NCBI GenBank assembly: GCA_030390025.1
Contig: CM059425.1
Span: 166,844,001-166,908,000, forward strand
DNA length: 64,000 nucleotides
DNA from: Squalus acanthias
Lineage: Eukaryota
Direction: 5' to 3'
Part shown: one piece after another, positions 63,176 to 64,000 of the stretch
How the letters are laid out: every line of letters starts with the position of its first letter
Position numbering within the stretch: the first letter of the stretch is position 1
The notes under the pieces: model-generated
What the model was told of the DNA's origin: nothing
The model's input: the letters and a program-made list of their open reading frames with translations, nothing else
Database searches by the model: none
Position numbers and translations under genes: made by a program

Positions 63176-64000
63176 GTTGTTGTTATTCAGTATTTAGAAT
63201 TTACAAAAAATATGTTTTGTTACATGATTAGAAAGATGAGTCTTTATAAAAAGCTGAAAATTACTGTTGTGAAAGAATGAACATTTCAGAATATTTTTTA
63301 CATTATTGTACATGCTGTATGAAAACTCAGAAAGCAACAAAGCAGTCTATTTGTTTATTTTGATAATAAAGAGCGACAAGAAGATTGAATTGGCAGGAAT
63401 TTTTCATTATTGTTTGTTTGCCAACTGAATCATTGCAGTCGCTTAGTCTTACCACCTGGTAAATGTATATTTGAGGAAAAGCCACTGATCAAAGCAAATT
63501 TAAAAAAAAACTGTCAAGTATTTTCAGATATCTAACGAGAAAAGCACAAAGATTCTTTTGGTGATTAAATTTTCTAAATGAGAGTCAATTAGGCTTCAAA
63601 AATGTCATTATTTAGAGATTCTTATAATTTAAGAAATGAACTGTTAATCTTCACATATCGCAAAAACATTTACAAAATACTATTTTTACATGACTGAAAA
63701 TTGCATTTTGCAATCTGTAAAGGACATGGAGTACTCTCCAATGATTAAATAATATCCCCCTTTCAGACAGTGATTTTTCATCCGCAGGCATTCAATAGGG
63801 ATTGTACATGTGACTTGAAATAAACAATAAATTGCGATTCTAGCAGTATTAGCACCCCAAGAGCTTTTTGTGCAAGGAGCTAAATTGGATTCTGAAGGGC
63901 TGAACCTTTTTTATTAATTGCAACTGACTATGTTCCTTGGTGTAACATATTTACCTAGTGCATTAGCTCAGTAAACAGTCAATCAAGTTAATTGGATGAG

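Overview
This is repeat-dense vertebrate genomic DNA, most likely from a shark or ray: it has an HE1/V-SINE-type SINE whose 3' tail matches the abundant HER1/CR1-type LINEs. I found no host protein-coding exon, and nearly all ORFs come from transposable elements. The window holds two full-length Ty3/Gypsy LTR retrotransposons. One is an older Mag-like element with a four-level nest of insertions; the other is a very young, GC/CpG-rich CsRn1-like element with an unbroken 1270-aa ORF. It also holds many CR1 and L2 LINE copies, a Penelope-like element, PIF/Harbinger transposons and their MITEs (TIRs, 3-bp TSDs), several long solo LTRs with 4-bp TSDs, and a GC-rich minisatellite. The most notable observations are: a 133-bp stand-alone insert with a 13-bp TSD carrying a minimal hammerhead ribozyme; the young CsRn1-like element with a CpG hit at an RT catalytic Asp; an inversion whose breakpoints sit exactly at Harbinger TIR ends; a tRNA-headed LINE derivative; and a CR1 subfamily with a duplicated 3' stem-loop module. 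I cannot claim a wholly new system. Family assignments rest on motif recognition, not database searches.
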